Shown: positions 18,007-27,496 of the stretch, in pieces
How positions within the stretch are numbered: position 1 is the first letter of the stretch
Layout of the letters: the number at the start of each line of letters is the position of its first letter
Virus record (IMG/VR): IMGVR_UViG_3300017960_000001
Location: 1-64,000 of that record
Origin: a virus
Strand: one strand, 5' to 3'
DNA length: 64,000 bases
Position numbers and translations under genes: made by a program
Notes under the pieces: model-generated
The model's database searches: none
The model's input: the letters and a program-made list of their open reading frames with translations, nothing else
Told to the model about the DNA's origin: nothing

Positions 18007-20310
18007 ATGTGCGGGGTGTGCGAGAGGGAGCGCGCCACGGCGGCCCCAACGTGGGCCAGCCTCTGGCCGGTCCGCGACCTCGGCACTCACCGCGAGGCGG
18101 CGTTGGCGAAGGCGGGCGTGTCCCGGTTGCGGCCGCGGGCGGCGTCCGGGTTCGCGGTGCTAGTCCGGGGCAAGCCTCAGAGGTTGAGGGCCACCGCCCG
18201 GCCGGACGCGATCTTCGAGGTGGTCGCTCGGATGCCGGCGCACCCCGGCGCCGTCGCCGATCTGTACGAGGCCGAGGCGGTCGGACGCGGTGACCGGATC
18301 GTGTGGCGCTGGATCGAGCGGGTGACCCTACCCGCCGAGACGCAGCTGGTGAAGGCAGCGCAAGCTCCACAGCAGCTTCTGGACATTATCTCGACACAGC
18401 TGGCCGGGCAATTGAAACGGGTCGACCGAGGGTGGAGCAAGCCTCTCCTCCGGCGGTACCTGCAAAACCTCGACATCAATTGGGGACAGGCCACGGGCGC
18501 CGACATCGACCGCGCCTTCGCCTCGGCCGATCGGGTGTTCCGTCGGGCCAAGGTCGTGCGGTTGGCGACCCCGTGGGTCAGGCGGGTCGAGGCTCGGGCT
18601 GGCGAGATCGGTCGCCGCTCTCGGGAGTTCGTCCGCGAATCCTTCTCGCCGAGGATCGCACCGGGGTTCAGCCAACCCGACCGCCGGGCGATCGGACAGA
18701 TCGGCCAGCAACAAGGCTGGTGGCTACGAGACGAGGTCGGGCGCCGGGCCGACGGGCTCACTACCCGCGGCCGACGCATCGTGGAGGAAGGGCTCAAGCG
18801 AGGCGAAGGACGGTACGCGATCGGGCGCCAGCTGCGCGAACAATTGCCCGGCATGTACCAGATCCGATCGGGTAATTACGCGGTGGTGTCAGCCTCGGTG
18901 GCGATGCAACGCGCCCGGAACTTCTCGCACGTGTCCGGCTACCGGGATGCCGGGTTCGAGTTCATGGAGGTTTCGAACCCCGTCGACGAGCGGACCACCG
19001 AAATCTGCCGGTTCATGGACGGACAGATCATCAACGTGAATCAGGCTTACGATCTATCGATGGACGCCTCGATGGTCGCAACTCCCGAGGACATTAAGAA
19101 GGTCAATCCCTTTATGCGGACGGTGAACGAGCGGGGCCGCCGGTACATCGAGACTGCGCGCGGTACCCGGATGGCAGAGATCACCCGATCCGGCATGGGG
19201 ACGAGGGACGACGCCGGGCAACACCGACAGATGCTCTCCTCGAAGCAGTTCCCGCAGGTCGCCGCGGTCGGGCCGCCACCGTACCACCACCTTTGCAGAT
19301 CGATCACCGTGCCGGTGTCCGGGTTGATGCAGGTTCCGCGGGGCACCATGCCGATCGCGTTGCCGATGCGTCCACCGACGCCACCGAAACCACCACCGGC
19401 CGCGCCGGGCAAGCCGGTCGCCGGTCTACCTCGAGCGGCGGTCGACCGGACCCTCATGGAGCCGGCGACGCCGAGGGCTCGCGGTGTGGTGCAGTTGAAC
19501 CGGCCGATCGACTTCGTCCGCGAACCGACCCCGGGGCACCCGACCGCGATCGGCTGGGATCCAGACATGGCTCCACCGTTCCGAGACATGGGGGTCGTTC
19601 GCAACGTCCCGCTGAAAACACAGGTCCTCGACCGGGCGAAGTACGAGGTGCGGGTGGTGAACGAGGCGATCGCCAAAGCGCAGGAGGCCAACGGCGGGCG
19701 CGTGCTCTCTCCCAAGGCCCTCGGCGAAACGATTCAGGGTGTGGTCCGAGGGTACGCGGCACCGAAGGCGCCGACCGCCCGCTCGATCAAGGTCGCCCGC
19801 CAGAAAGGGCTGACCGGGCAGCTGGGCCGGCGCGAAGCTCAGCGTCGGTATAGCCGGGCCATGACGTCGCTATCGAGCAGGTTCCAGACCGAGGCCCTCA
19901 AGCGAGACTTCCCGACGATCGCCGTGCGCCCCGGCGCGGGGGAATACACCCCGGCTGCGATTTTCCTACCGGTCGGCGGTTCGGCTGCTCAGGAACGGAT
20001 GCTGATCCGATTGATGACGCACCACCTTGACGGCATCGGTAGCAACGCCGACGCCGCGGCCGCCGTCCGCGAGGCGTTCAAGCTCACGGGCCAGCTGGGC
20101 CGGACGGACGACTACACGATCATCCGGGGGCGGTGGGGGGACGTGACCGCTGGCAAGGTGTACCACGACGACCCGACCCGGACCGACATCACCGCCACGG
20201 CACACGCGGCGACGGTGCCGGCCCTCGCAACGAAGCTCGCGCACCTCTGGGGAGCGAACCCTACTCACATCGGGTTCCTCTTGTCGTGGCTACGGGGGGC
20301 GTTCTTCTAA
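18007..20310 (+). CDS. MuF/SPP1 gp7-like head morphogenesis protein with long C-terminal extension
   Basis: VDERTTEICRFMDG...PPPYHHLCRS; position after portal. Confidence 0.85.
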   Translation: MCGVCERERATAAPTWASLWPVRDLGTHREAALAKAGVSRLRPRAASGFAVLVRGKPQRLRATARPDAIFEVVARMPAHPGAVADLYEAEAVGRGDRIVWRWIERVTLPAETQLVKAAQAPQQLLDIISTQLAGQLKRVDRGWSKPLLRRYLQNLDINWGQATGADIDRAFASADRVFRRAKVVRLATPWVRRVEARAGEIGRRSREFVRESFSPRIAPGFSQPDRRAIGQIGQQQGWWLRDEVGRRADGLTTRGRRIVEEGLKRGEGRYAIGRQLREQLPGMYQIRSGNYAVVSASVAMQRARNFSHVSGYRDAGFEFMEVSNPVDERTTEICRFMDGQIINVNQAYDLSMDASMVATPEDIKKVNPFMRTVNERGRRYIETARGTRMAEITRSGMGTRDDAGQHRQMLSSKQFPQVAAVGPPPYHHLCRSITVPVSGLMQVPRGTMPIALPMRPPTPPKPPPAAPGKPVAGLPRAAVDRTLMEPATPRARGVVQLNRPIDFVREPTPGHPTAIGWDPDMAPPFRDMGVVRNVPLKTQVLDRAKYEVRVVNEAIAKAQEANGGRVLSPKALGETIQGVVRGYAAPKAPTARSIKVARQKGLTGQLGRREAQRRYSRAMTSLSSRFQTEALKRDFPTIAVRPGAGEYTPAAIFLPVGGSAAQERMLIRLMTHHLDGIGSNADAAAAVREAFKLTGQLGRTDDYTIIRGRWGDVTAGKVYHDDPTRTDITATAHAATVPALATKLAHLWGANPTHIGFLLSWLRGAFF

Positions 20311-20609
20311 TGGGAGCAATCTACATCGAGCGCGACGGAATCTCGCTCGCCAAGATGCTATGGAACGGCGGTCGGTACAGCGGGAGCGGCCGGGTGATTG
20401 CGATCGACGGACACCGGGCCGAGGCGAAGCAAATCCGCGACGCAATCTCAGCACGTGATGATCTGCGGCGCGTGCGGTTCGACACACCGCGGGGAGATAC
20501 TCCTGGGTGGAGGGGGTTCGACGGAAATCTCAACGCTCTGATCTATGTGGTGCCGACGCTCGGCTTCGAGATTGGGCTTGTGGAATGGCCGCCGGACCGG
20601 CTAAAGTAG
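20310..20609 (+). CDS. Small protein coupled to MuF (immunity-gene position)
   Basis: TAATG stop/start overlap. Confidence 0.6.
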   Translation: MGAIYIERDGISLAKMLWNGGRYSGSGRVIAIDGHRAEAKQIRDAISARDDLRRVRFDTPRGDTPGWRGFDGNLNALIYVVPTLGFEIGLVEWPPDRLK

Positions 20610-20619
20610 GGAGGAGAAC

Positions 20620-20976
20620 ATGCCGAATATCATAATCAAAGACCGCCCGGTCGACGACGTTTTAGAGGACCTGGGACTTGACACCGACCAGCGTCGCCGT
20701 GCTACAGAGATGATCAGAGATTTGGTGGAGGAGTCTTTTGGTGAACGGCGCGATGCGTACCCGCGGACCGAAGTATTGCACCGGATCAGAATCTTGGTCC
20801 GGTGGTTCTGCGTCATGTACGCGGACCTTGAATACACGATCGAACGGTGTCGCAACTCCCTACCATCGGCGCTCGCTTGCGAGCTTGCAGGAATGCAGTA
20901 CGTCCCGGCCGAGCACGTAGCCGGCCAGGGGTACAAGAAACACAAACGAGGAGCAATTCCATGGACACGGCTTTGA
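20620..20976 (+). CDS. Hypothetical protein
   Basis: GGGAGG SD; slightly AT-richer than flanks. Confidence 0.65.
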   Translation: MPNIIIKDRPVDDVLEDLGLDTDQRRRATEMIRDLVEESFGERRDAYPRTEVLHRIRILVRWFCVMYADLEYTIERCRNSLPSALACELAGMQYVPAEHVAGQGYKKHKRGAIPWTRL

Positions 20977-21875
20977 GGATCACGGAGCTAAGCAAGCGAG
21001 TGCTGGACGGCGAGGCCAACGACGACGAACGCGCCGAGCTGGACGGACTCCTGAAGGACGCGGGCAACCGCCCCGCCACCGTCGAGCGCACCATGCCCCT
21101 GCGCGACTTCATGAAGTTCGCCGCGGCCGAGGCCGCCGCGCTCGAAGCGAAGCCGGACGCGCACCGCGCCGCCCTGCTGAAAGCCGCCACCGCGAAGGCC
21201 GCCGGCGTCGAGTCGCTCGACGACGAGGTCACGGTCGAGGTGGTGAAGGAACCCGACACCGCCGACACGATCGCCAACCTGCTCTCCGCGATCGAGGACC
21301 TCGGCAAGAAGGTCGACGCGATCACGGCCCCGGCCGACGACGCGCCGACCGCCGACGACCTCGCGGCCGCCGTGGCGAAGGCCGAGGACGGGATGCTCGC
21401 GGTTCAGCTGGCGTCCGAGGTTCTCGCCGCCTACGCCGACCGACTGCTCTCTCTCAAGGGGATGCTCGACGGCGGGTCCGAGATCGATCCCGACGACGTC
21501 CGCAAGACCTTCGACTCGATGTGGGACGTCCGCAACGCGGTCGACTTGGCGATCGCCGCCATGGGCAAGCGCGACGACGCGCCCGACGCCGAGGCTCTGA
21601 AGAGAGCCGGCGCCCTGATCGTCAAGTCCGACGACGCCGACACCGGTGACGAGGGCGAGGGCGAGGGGGACGACGCCGCCGACGCCGGCGACGACGCTGG
21701 CGACGACACCGGCAACGACGACGGCGCCGGGCCGGACGACACCGGCGAGGGCGAGCCCGCCGCGGGCGACGACGCGGACGACGCGGTCGAGAAGCACGCC
21801 GAGCACCCGACCGATTACGCCGAGTTCGCAAAGCGACTCGAAGCCGAGGCCGCCGAGGGCGGGGACGCCGAGTAG
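20961..21875 (+). CDS. Acidic helical protein, scaffold-like
   Basis: GAGGAG SD; helical with D/G-rich tail; located in the head module. Confidence 0.55.
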   Translation: MDTALRITELSKRVLDGEANDDERAELDGLLKDAGNRPATVERTMPLRDFMKFAAAEAAALEAKPDAHRAALLKAATAKAAGVESLDDEVTVEVVKEPDTADTIANLLSAIEDLGKKVDAITAPADDAPTADDLAAAVAKAEDGMLAVQLASEVLAAYADRLLSLKGMLDGGSEIDPDDVRKTFDSMWDVRNAVDLAIAAMGKRDDAPDAEALKRAGALIVKSDDADTGDEGEGEGDDAADAGDDAGDDTGNDDGAGPDDTGEGEPAAGDDADDAVEKHAEHPTDYAEFAKRLEAEAAEGGDAE

Positions 21876-22601
21876 TTGAAGCTGCTCCGGGGAATAGGCG
21901 CAGACTCCCGCGCCGTTGTATTCCTGGCCGACGCCGACTCTCCTCTGAGCAAGCAGCTCGAGGCGTGGGCCGGCGACCCGGTCGGCGCACCGTCGCCGGG
22001 GACCATCGCCCGGGAGATCGCCGACGTCCGCCTCGCGTTCGACCCGATCGACGACGGCGCCGAACTGCTACTCCAACAGGACCCGACCCCACCCGAGCCC
22101 GCCGACGTACCCGAATCGGTACGGCTGTTCAACAAGGCTCTGATCGAGCGCAAGCCTCGACACTTCATCATGAAGTCCGAGGACGGCGACGACGACGATC
22201 AAGGTCTATCGACCATGATCGTTATGGAGCCGAACGACGGCGCCGACGGTGCCGACCTGAACCCCGACACGCAGGGCGACGTGTTCTCGAAGCAAGATGT
22301 CGAGGATGCTTGCTACTACTGGTTGGAGAACGGCGGGCAGGTCGATTTCATGCACAACTTCGAGCCGCTCGAAAGGAACGTGGTCAAGGTCGCGGCGTCC
22401 GACGTGACGCGCGGCCCGGTCACTCTGGGCGAGGGCGAGGAGGCTTACGAGTGTGCGGTCGGTACGTGGCTGGTAACCCTCCGGTGGGACACCGATTCGG
22501 TCTACTGGAAAGGGTTGAAGGAGGGGGCGTTCAAGGCGGTGAGCCCGGGCGGGCTGGCGCAACGGGTCCCGCTCGAGGAAGGCGCGGCCGATGGATCCTG
22601 A
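21876..22601 (+). CDS. XkdF-like prohead serine protease
   Basis: IVMEP..PDTQGD..DVEDAC..DFMH..GTWLV..WKGLKEG.FKAVSPGG. Confidence 0.8.
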   Translation: MKLLRGIGADSRAVVFLADADSPLSKQLEAWAGDPVGAPSPGTIAREIADVRLAFDPIDDGAELLLQQDPTPPEPADVPESVRLFNKALIERKPRHFIMKSEDGDDDDQGLSTMIVMEPNDGADGADLNPDTQGDVFSKQDVEDACYYWLENGGQVDFMHNFEPLERNVVKVAASDVTRGPVTLGEGEEAYECAVGTWLVTLRWDTDSVYWKGLKEGAFKAVSPGGLAQRVPLEEGAADGS

Positions 22602-23817
22602 GATCCGCAAAACCGACGACGACGCCCCGACCCGGCTGGTCAACATCCGGCCATTGATGCTGAGCCTCGTAGACTACGGGGCGAATTGGGGAGGACAGAA
22701 TCACTTCCCGGTGCTGAAGGCCGCCGACCTGAGCAAGCGGGTGCCGGGTCCCGACGCCGGCGACGACGAAAGGCTCGCGGCTCAGGCGTCCCGTGCGGGG
22801 CAATACGGAATCGAGCAGCTGGCCGACGGCGGCAACCTCTCGTACCCGGACGACGGACCGACGGCCGAGGCACTCTACGCCGACCCGGTCAACCTGCTAT
22901 TCCCGATCGGCAAGTCCGACGACGAACCCGACACCGACGCGATCACCGCGGCCCTCGGGAGCCGGGGCACCGTCGCCGACCTGTACGAGAAGGACGCGAG
23001 CAAAACGAAGGTGCTCGACCGGATCGTCCGGGCCGCGCTTGCGAAGGGGATCGACATCGGCGAGGCCGACCCGGTCGACGCCCTGCTACCCGGTGATCTG
23101 AGGGACCGGCTGGCGAAGGCGGTGGGCGACATCACGATCACCAAGCCGAAGGTCGACCGGGCACCGCCCGCCGACGCCGCCGGCGAGATGGTGACGCAGT
23201 CCGTGGTAATGCCGAAGGATTCCTTCACGTTGGAAGAGGCTCGCGCCTGGGTCGGAGGACACGACGGCGTCGGGGACTACGGGCACGAAGAAACCGATTC
23301 GAGCTTTCGTTTCCGTCAATACGATCCCGAGCATTTCGAGGCCGGGTCGTTCAAGAATCTCAAGCTGGACAACGGCGTGACGCTGGTCCGGGGCAAGGTG
23401 AAGGACGGCGGCACCGATACCGACACCGACGCCGACACCGACACGGACGCGAAGAAGATCGCCGACGAGCTTGCCCGGTTGCATGTCCGAGCGGAGCTAG
23501 CCGAGCTTGCTGCCCGGGCCGACGCGGTTCTATCCACGCTGAGCAAGCGTGAGCCGCCAGCCTGTCCACGTCCGGCACCTGACGCGACACCTGACCCGTG
23601 CGATCAGAACCCCGCCCCAGAGGGGGCGCTGGACGCCTTGGAGAAGAAACACCTTGCGGCCGAGGAAGAGTCCCGTAGACTCCGGGCCGAGCTTCGGAAG
23701 GCGCGGGCGGAATCCGCTCGCAGGAATACCCAGATCGACACGCCGACCGGGATGACCCCGAGCGGTGCGGGCGGACAAACGGCCAACGCTGCCTATCCGC
23801 TGGATTACAATCCGTAA
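22591..23817 (+). CDS. Multi-domain protease-associated/scaffold protein
   Basis: N-terminal LSLVDYGAN motif, YADPVN..FPI domain, FRFRQYDP domain, C-terminal coiled coil directly before the capsid gene. Confidence 0.65.
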   Translation: MDPEIRKTDDDAPTRLVNIRPLMLSLVDYGANWGGQNHFPVLKAADLSKRVPGPDAGDDERLAAQASRAGQYGIEQLADGGNLSYPDDGPTAEALYADPVNLLFPIGKSDDEPDTDAITAALGSRGTVADLYEKDASKTKVLDRIVRAALAKGIDIGEADPVDALLPGDLRDRLAKAVGDITITKPKVDRAPPADAAGEMVTQSVVMPKDSFTLEEARAWVGGHDGVGDYGHEETDSSFRFRQYDPEHFEAGSFKNLKLDNGVTLVRGKVKDGGTDTDTDADTDTDAKKIADELARLHVRAELAELAARADAVLSTLSKREPPACPRPAPDATPDPCDQNPAPEGALDALEKKHLAAEEESRRLRAELRKARAESARRNTQIDTPTGMTPSGAGGQTANAAYPLDYNP

Positions 23818-23829
23818 AAGGAGGAGAAG

Positions 23830-24765
23830 ATGCCCCTCGGTAACGACGAAATCATGGCGAAAGCGGAGATGCAGCTGAGTGACCTCCGCACCAACGGCGG
23901 CGAGTTGGCCCCGCACAAGTTCGACGAGTTCATCGCCCGGGCCACGGTCGCAACCCCGTTGCTCTCTCTGGCGCGGACCACCTCGCAGCAGTCCACCGTG
24001 GACGTGATCCCGAAGCTCCGCTTCACGGGTCGCGTGGCGCACCGGGCGACCGACGGCGTGGCCCTCTCTGAGGCGCAGCGCACGGCTCCGATCACGTCCG
24101 AAGTCGAGATCGAAACGACCGAGTTCGTGGCCGAGCTTCCGCTGACCGACTCGATCCTCGAGGACAACGTGATGCGCGGCAACCTGCTCAACCTCGTCGA
24201 GCAGGAAATGCCGAAGCGGATCGGCCGCGACACGCAGGAGAACATGATCCTCGGCGACACCGGCTCGGCCGACTACGACCTCGCCGGGTTCGACGGGATG
24301 CGCGCACTGGCGACGACCAACAACGTCGACGCCTCGGGGACCAAGCTCTCCCTCGCGCACATCGCATCCTCGCGGTTGGCGATGCCGGAGGAGTTCCGGT
24401 CGGACCTGACCATGCTCAGGCTGCTCATGGCCGACAACGTCGAGGTGCGCTACCGGCAAGACCTCGCCGCTCGCATGGGTGCTCTCGGTGACGCGATCCT
24501 CCAGGGGAACGACCCGATCAAGCAGCTGTCGATCGCGTTCGAGGTGATCACCGAGTGGCCGATCACCCTGACCCCGGGCAACTACTCCGATGCGTTGCTG
24601 CTCGACCCCAAGAACTTCATCATTTCGTACTGGCGGAAGATCACGATGGAGTCCGAGCGGTCGGCACGCGCCCGCAAGACCACCCTCATCTGGTCGTACC
24701 GGGTCGGATGCAACTACGAGGAGGAAGAGGCCGTGGTCACGATCGACAACCTGCTCGTCAGCTAG
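23830..24765 (+). CDS. Major capsid protein (HK97 fold)
   Basis: 311 aa; GGELAP..FDEFI, LTDSILEDNV, MILGDT, LLLDPKNFI and EEEEAVV motifs; AGGAGG SD; synteny. Confidence 0.9.
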   Translation: MPLGNDEIMAKAEMQLSDLRTNGGELAPHKFDEFIARATVATPLLSLARTTSQQSTVDVIPKLRFTGRVAHRATDGVALSEAQRTAPITSEVEIETTEFVAELPLTDSILEDNVMRGNLLNLVEQEMPKRIGRDTQENMILGDTGSADYDLAGFDGMRALATTNNVDASGTKLSLAHIASSRLAMPEEFRSDLTMLRLLMADNVEVRYRQDLAARMGALGDAILQGNDPIKQLSIAFEVITEWPITLTPGNYSDALLLDPKNFIISYWRKITMESERSARARKTTLIWSYRVGCNYEEEEAVVTIDNLLVS

Positions 24766-24864
24766 TCGATCGACCAACGGTAGGACCGCCACGGGGGGCA
24801 CCGCCCCCCGCGGCCTGAACGACACGACGAACCCGGGGCAACCGGGAAGAACAGGAGTGAGCAA

Positions 24865-25197
24865 ATGACTCTCGGAACCATCACCGTGAACACCCGCGGC
24901 GGCGACGACCCCGCGGCACCGATCCGCCAGGACGCGATGTCGATCCAAGGCGACGACTCGTACCCGACGGGCGGCACGCCCGCGGCCGAGATCACGCCGT
25001 TGCTCGAGGCTCAGCTGGGCGTCGACCCGACGATCCTCGACATTTCCGGCATGGACACCACCGGGCGCTACGCGCTCGACTGGGACTCCGGCAATCAGGC
25101 GTTGAAGGTGATCGACCTGAACCCGACGCCGCCGGCCGAGGTGAGCCCGGGCGACATCAGCTCGCTGGAATTCAACGCGCTTGTCGTGAGCAAGTAG
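24865..25197 (+). CDS. Putative head decoration protein
   Basis: Small beta-rich protein with DSYPTGG directly after the capsid gene. Confidence 0.55.
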   Translation: MTLGTITVNTRGGDDPAAPIRQDAMSIQGDDSYPTGGTPAAEITPLLEAQLGVDPTILDISGMDTTGRYALDWDSGNQALKVIDLNPTPPAEVSPGDISSLEFNALVVSK

Positions 25198-25303
25198 GGG
25201 CACCGCCGGGCGCGATCCTGGGGCTGATCCGTCGCCGCCCCTCAAGATGCCGGGCGACGGTGAAGCCCCTTCTTCACTGAGGGGCTGAAGAAAGGAACGA
25301 CCG

Positions 25304-26125
25304 ATGATCCATGCAGTACGAATGATTCCACACAACCCGACCGCCGGTTACAGACGCCGACGGTACGTCTCGCCGAGCGGACAGCTGTTCGAGGCCGGCG
25401 AGGCTGCACCGGGCCGCGTTCCGACGCCGTCGCCGGTGTACCGGGTGACGGCCGCCGAGGCGAAGCGGCTGACCGAACGGCACCCCGACGACCCGGGGAT
25501 CTTCCGGGTGGCGCAACCTCGCAACCATCACCTCCCGGTGTTCGAGCTAATCGAATTCAAGACCGAGGAGGAGTTCGCCGCGTTCCTGCAAACGGACATG
25601 GAGCGGCGGGCGCACAAGGGCTTGCCCGCGGTCAAGGCTGCGGTGAAGGAACCCGCGAAGGGGATGTCGGTCGAGGGGCCGCCGTCCGCACCACGGGGGG
25701 GCGAGGCCCTCGCGGAGTTGGGGGCCGAGAACGCGGCGCTACAAACCCGGCTCGCTGAGTCGGAGGCGGCGCGCGAACAGCAGGCGAACGTGATCGCCCG
25801 GCTCGAAGCAAGGCTCGACGATGTCGAGTCTGAGCTACGCGACACCCGGACAAAGGCACCGCCGTCCGAGGCGGGCCCGTCCGGGTCGGTGGCCGACCTC
25901 GTCGACCCCGACGGCGGCGGTGAGGATGACGGCGGGGAGGACGGCGAGGAGGACGGCACTGGCAGCGACGAGGAACCGACAACGGAACCCGCCGCACCCG
26001 AGGACCCGCCCCCGTCGAAGCAGGGCAAGAAACCGCGAAGGGCGGCCAAGAAGAAGGCGGGCAAGAAGAAGCCCGCCGCCAAGAAAAAGCGCGGCGGCCG
26101 CAAGGCTACTGACAAAAAGAAATAG
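25304..26125 (+). CDS. Hypothetical protein with coiled coil, acidic tract and Lys-rich tail
   Basis: AAGGA SD; composition. Confidence 0.7.
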   Translation: MIHAVRMIPHNPTAGYRRRRYVSPSGQLFEAGEAAPGRVPTPSPVYRVTAAEAKRLTERHPDDPGIFRVAQPRNHHLPVFELIEFKTEEEFAAFLQTDMERRAHKGLPAVKAAVKEPAKGMSVEGPPSAPRGGEALAELGAENAALQTRLAESEAAREQQANVIARLEARLDDVESELRDTRTKAPPSEAGPSGSVADLVDPDGGGEDDGGEDGEEDGTGSDEEPTTEPAAPEDPPPSKQGKKPRRAAKKKAGKKKPAAKKKRGGRKATDKKK

Positions 26126-26186
26126 GACGGGGCCGGGGGCGTGATCGAACACTGAACCGACGGCCCCCGGACCGATGGAGGTTACC

Positions 26187-26627
26187 ATGGGGCAGAGGTT
26201 CAACGACTCGGCCGACGTCGACGACAGGCGGATCGCCGATCTCGCATTCCGCGCCACCGGCGGGGCACCCGCAGTACCACCGACAACAGAGGACCAAGGC
26301 GGCGATTGTCGCCGCTACGCTCAGGTCACTTTCTGGATCACGAACGACGACGCGACGAAGGCCGGGTTGTGCGACGTGACGCCGTGGCTGAGGATCCCGG
26401 TCGAGGAGGATCCTCTCGGCGGCGCGCTCACCTACTTCTGGCTCCCGCTGGACATGGTGCAAATCGACATGACCGCGATCGGTTCGGACCGGCGCATCGA
26501 CATCAACTGCGAGATGGGGGATCGGTTGTTCGTGCAGCTGGACCCCGCGGCGGCAGGGCTGGCGTGGGTCCGTGCTGACGGGTTCGTCCGGCACGAACGG
26601 GCCGAGGCTCAGGTCGTTTCGTCGTAG
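26187..26627 (+). CDS. Hypothetical virion-module protein
   Basis: GGAGGT SD before ATG 26187. Confidence 0.65.
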   Translation: MGQRFNDSADVDDRRIADLAFRATGGAPAVPPTTEDQGGDCRRYAQVTFWITNDDATKAGLCDVTPWLRIPVEEDPLGGALTYFWLPLDMVQIDMTAIGSDRRIDINCEMGDRLFVQLDPAAAGLAWVRADGFVRHERAEAQVVSS

Positions 26628-26656
26628 GCCGCGGTGCACGGGGCAGATGAACGACC

Positions 26657-27085
26657 ATGAAGCGACGCAACGCCCTCTCGGGTGCCCGCGCAGAATACCT
26701 GTTTGCACCACGGGTGGTCGACGTCGCTTGCCTCATTTCGGACGCGGTCGGCGATTGCATGTGCATCCGGGGCGATCGCATCGGCGACCGGTGGCGAGTC
26801 ACAGAGGCGGACCCGTTCGACGAGGCGAAGATGCCGGCCGTCGGGATCCTTCTCTCGAAGCTCACACCGACCACCGGCGAGATGCAGATCCTGGGGCCGT
26901 GCGACTTGTTCACCGGGTTGGATTGGGCGAGCCCGGGCTACTTCGTCGGCGCGTCTGGTATCACGGACACCGCCCCGGCTCCGGCCCCGGGCGGTTGGGT
27001 TTTGGTGCAGCACATCGGCAAGCCGGTCGCCGATGATCTGCTGTTGTTGACCGGCGAAAACATTCTAGTGAAGCGGAGGGGTTAA
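26657..27085 (+). CDS. Putative capsid-cement-like structural protein
   Basis: MPAVGI...YFVG.SG.TDTAP...VQHIG pattern, similar to the C-terminal domain of 27497-28927. Confidence 0.5.
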   Translation: MKRRNALSGARAEYLFAPRVVDVACLISDAVGDCMCIRGDRIGDRWRVTEADPFDEAKMPAVGILLSKLTPTTGEMQILGPCDLFTGLDWASPGYFVGASGITDTAPAPAPGGWVLVQHIGKPVADDLLLLTGENILVKRRG

Positions 27086-27477
27086 TGGCACGCGACACGG
27101 GAAAGAAAAAGACGGCAGGGAAGAAGAAGCCAGCAAAAAAACGACCGGCCCGCAAGCCGGCGACGACGCCGGAGCCGGAGCAGACTCTGGCCCTCACCGG
27201 CGACGAGCTTAACGCGCTGAACTTGCACGAAGCCCGCGCCCGGATGCAGGCGACGGTGCTGACGAATCTGACCCTGCGACAAGAGATTTTGAACCGCGAT
27301 TACAAAGAGCAGAAAGCGGGGCTGGACGCCAAGCAGCGGGCGACCAAGCTAAGCCTCGCCGAAGCGCAGAACAACTATAACGAAACGGTGGCGGCGATCG
27401 AAATCCGTCTCGGGATCAAGCTAGCCGACCACCGACTAGAGGACGACGGGACGCTAGTTTTCCAACCCGTCGACTAA
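27085..27477 (+). CDS. Coiled-coil protein with Lys-rich N-tail
   Basis: TAATG overlap; heptad pattern. Confidence 0.65.
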   Translation: MARDTGKKKTAGKKKPAKKRPARKPATTPEPEQTLALTGDELNALNLHEARARMQATVLTNLTLRQEILNRDYKEQKAGLDAKQRATKLSLAEAQNNYNETVAAIEIRLGIKLADHRLEDDGTLVFQPVD

Positions 27478-27496
27478 CAGCACAGGAGGCCCCAGA

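Noticed and set aside
23530-25335. Long minus-strand ORFs (e.g. 601 aa here, 437 aa at 5641-6954, 442 aa at 49812-51140)
   Set aside because: Antisense shadows of well-supported + strand genes in high-GC DNA, with no motifs or SD
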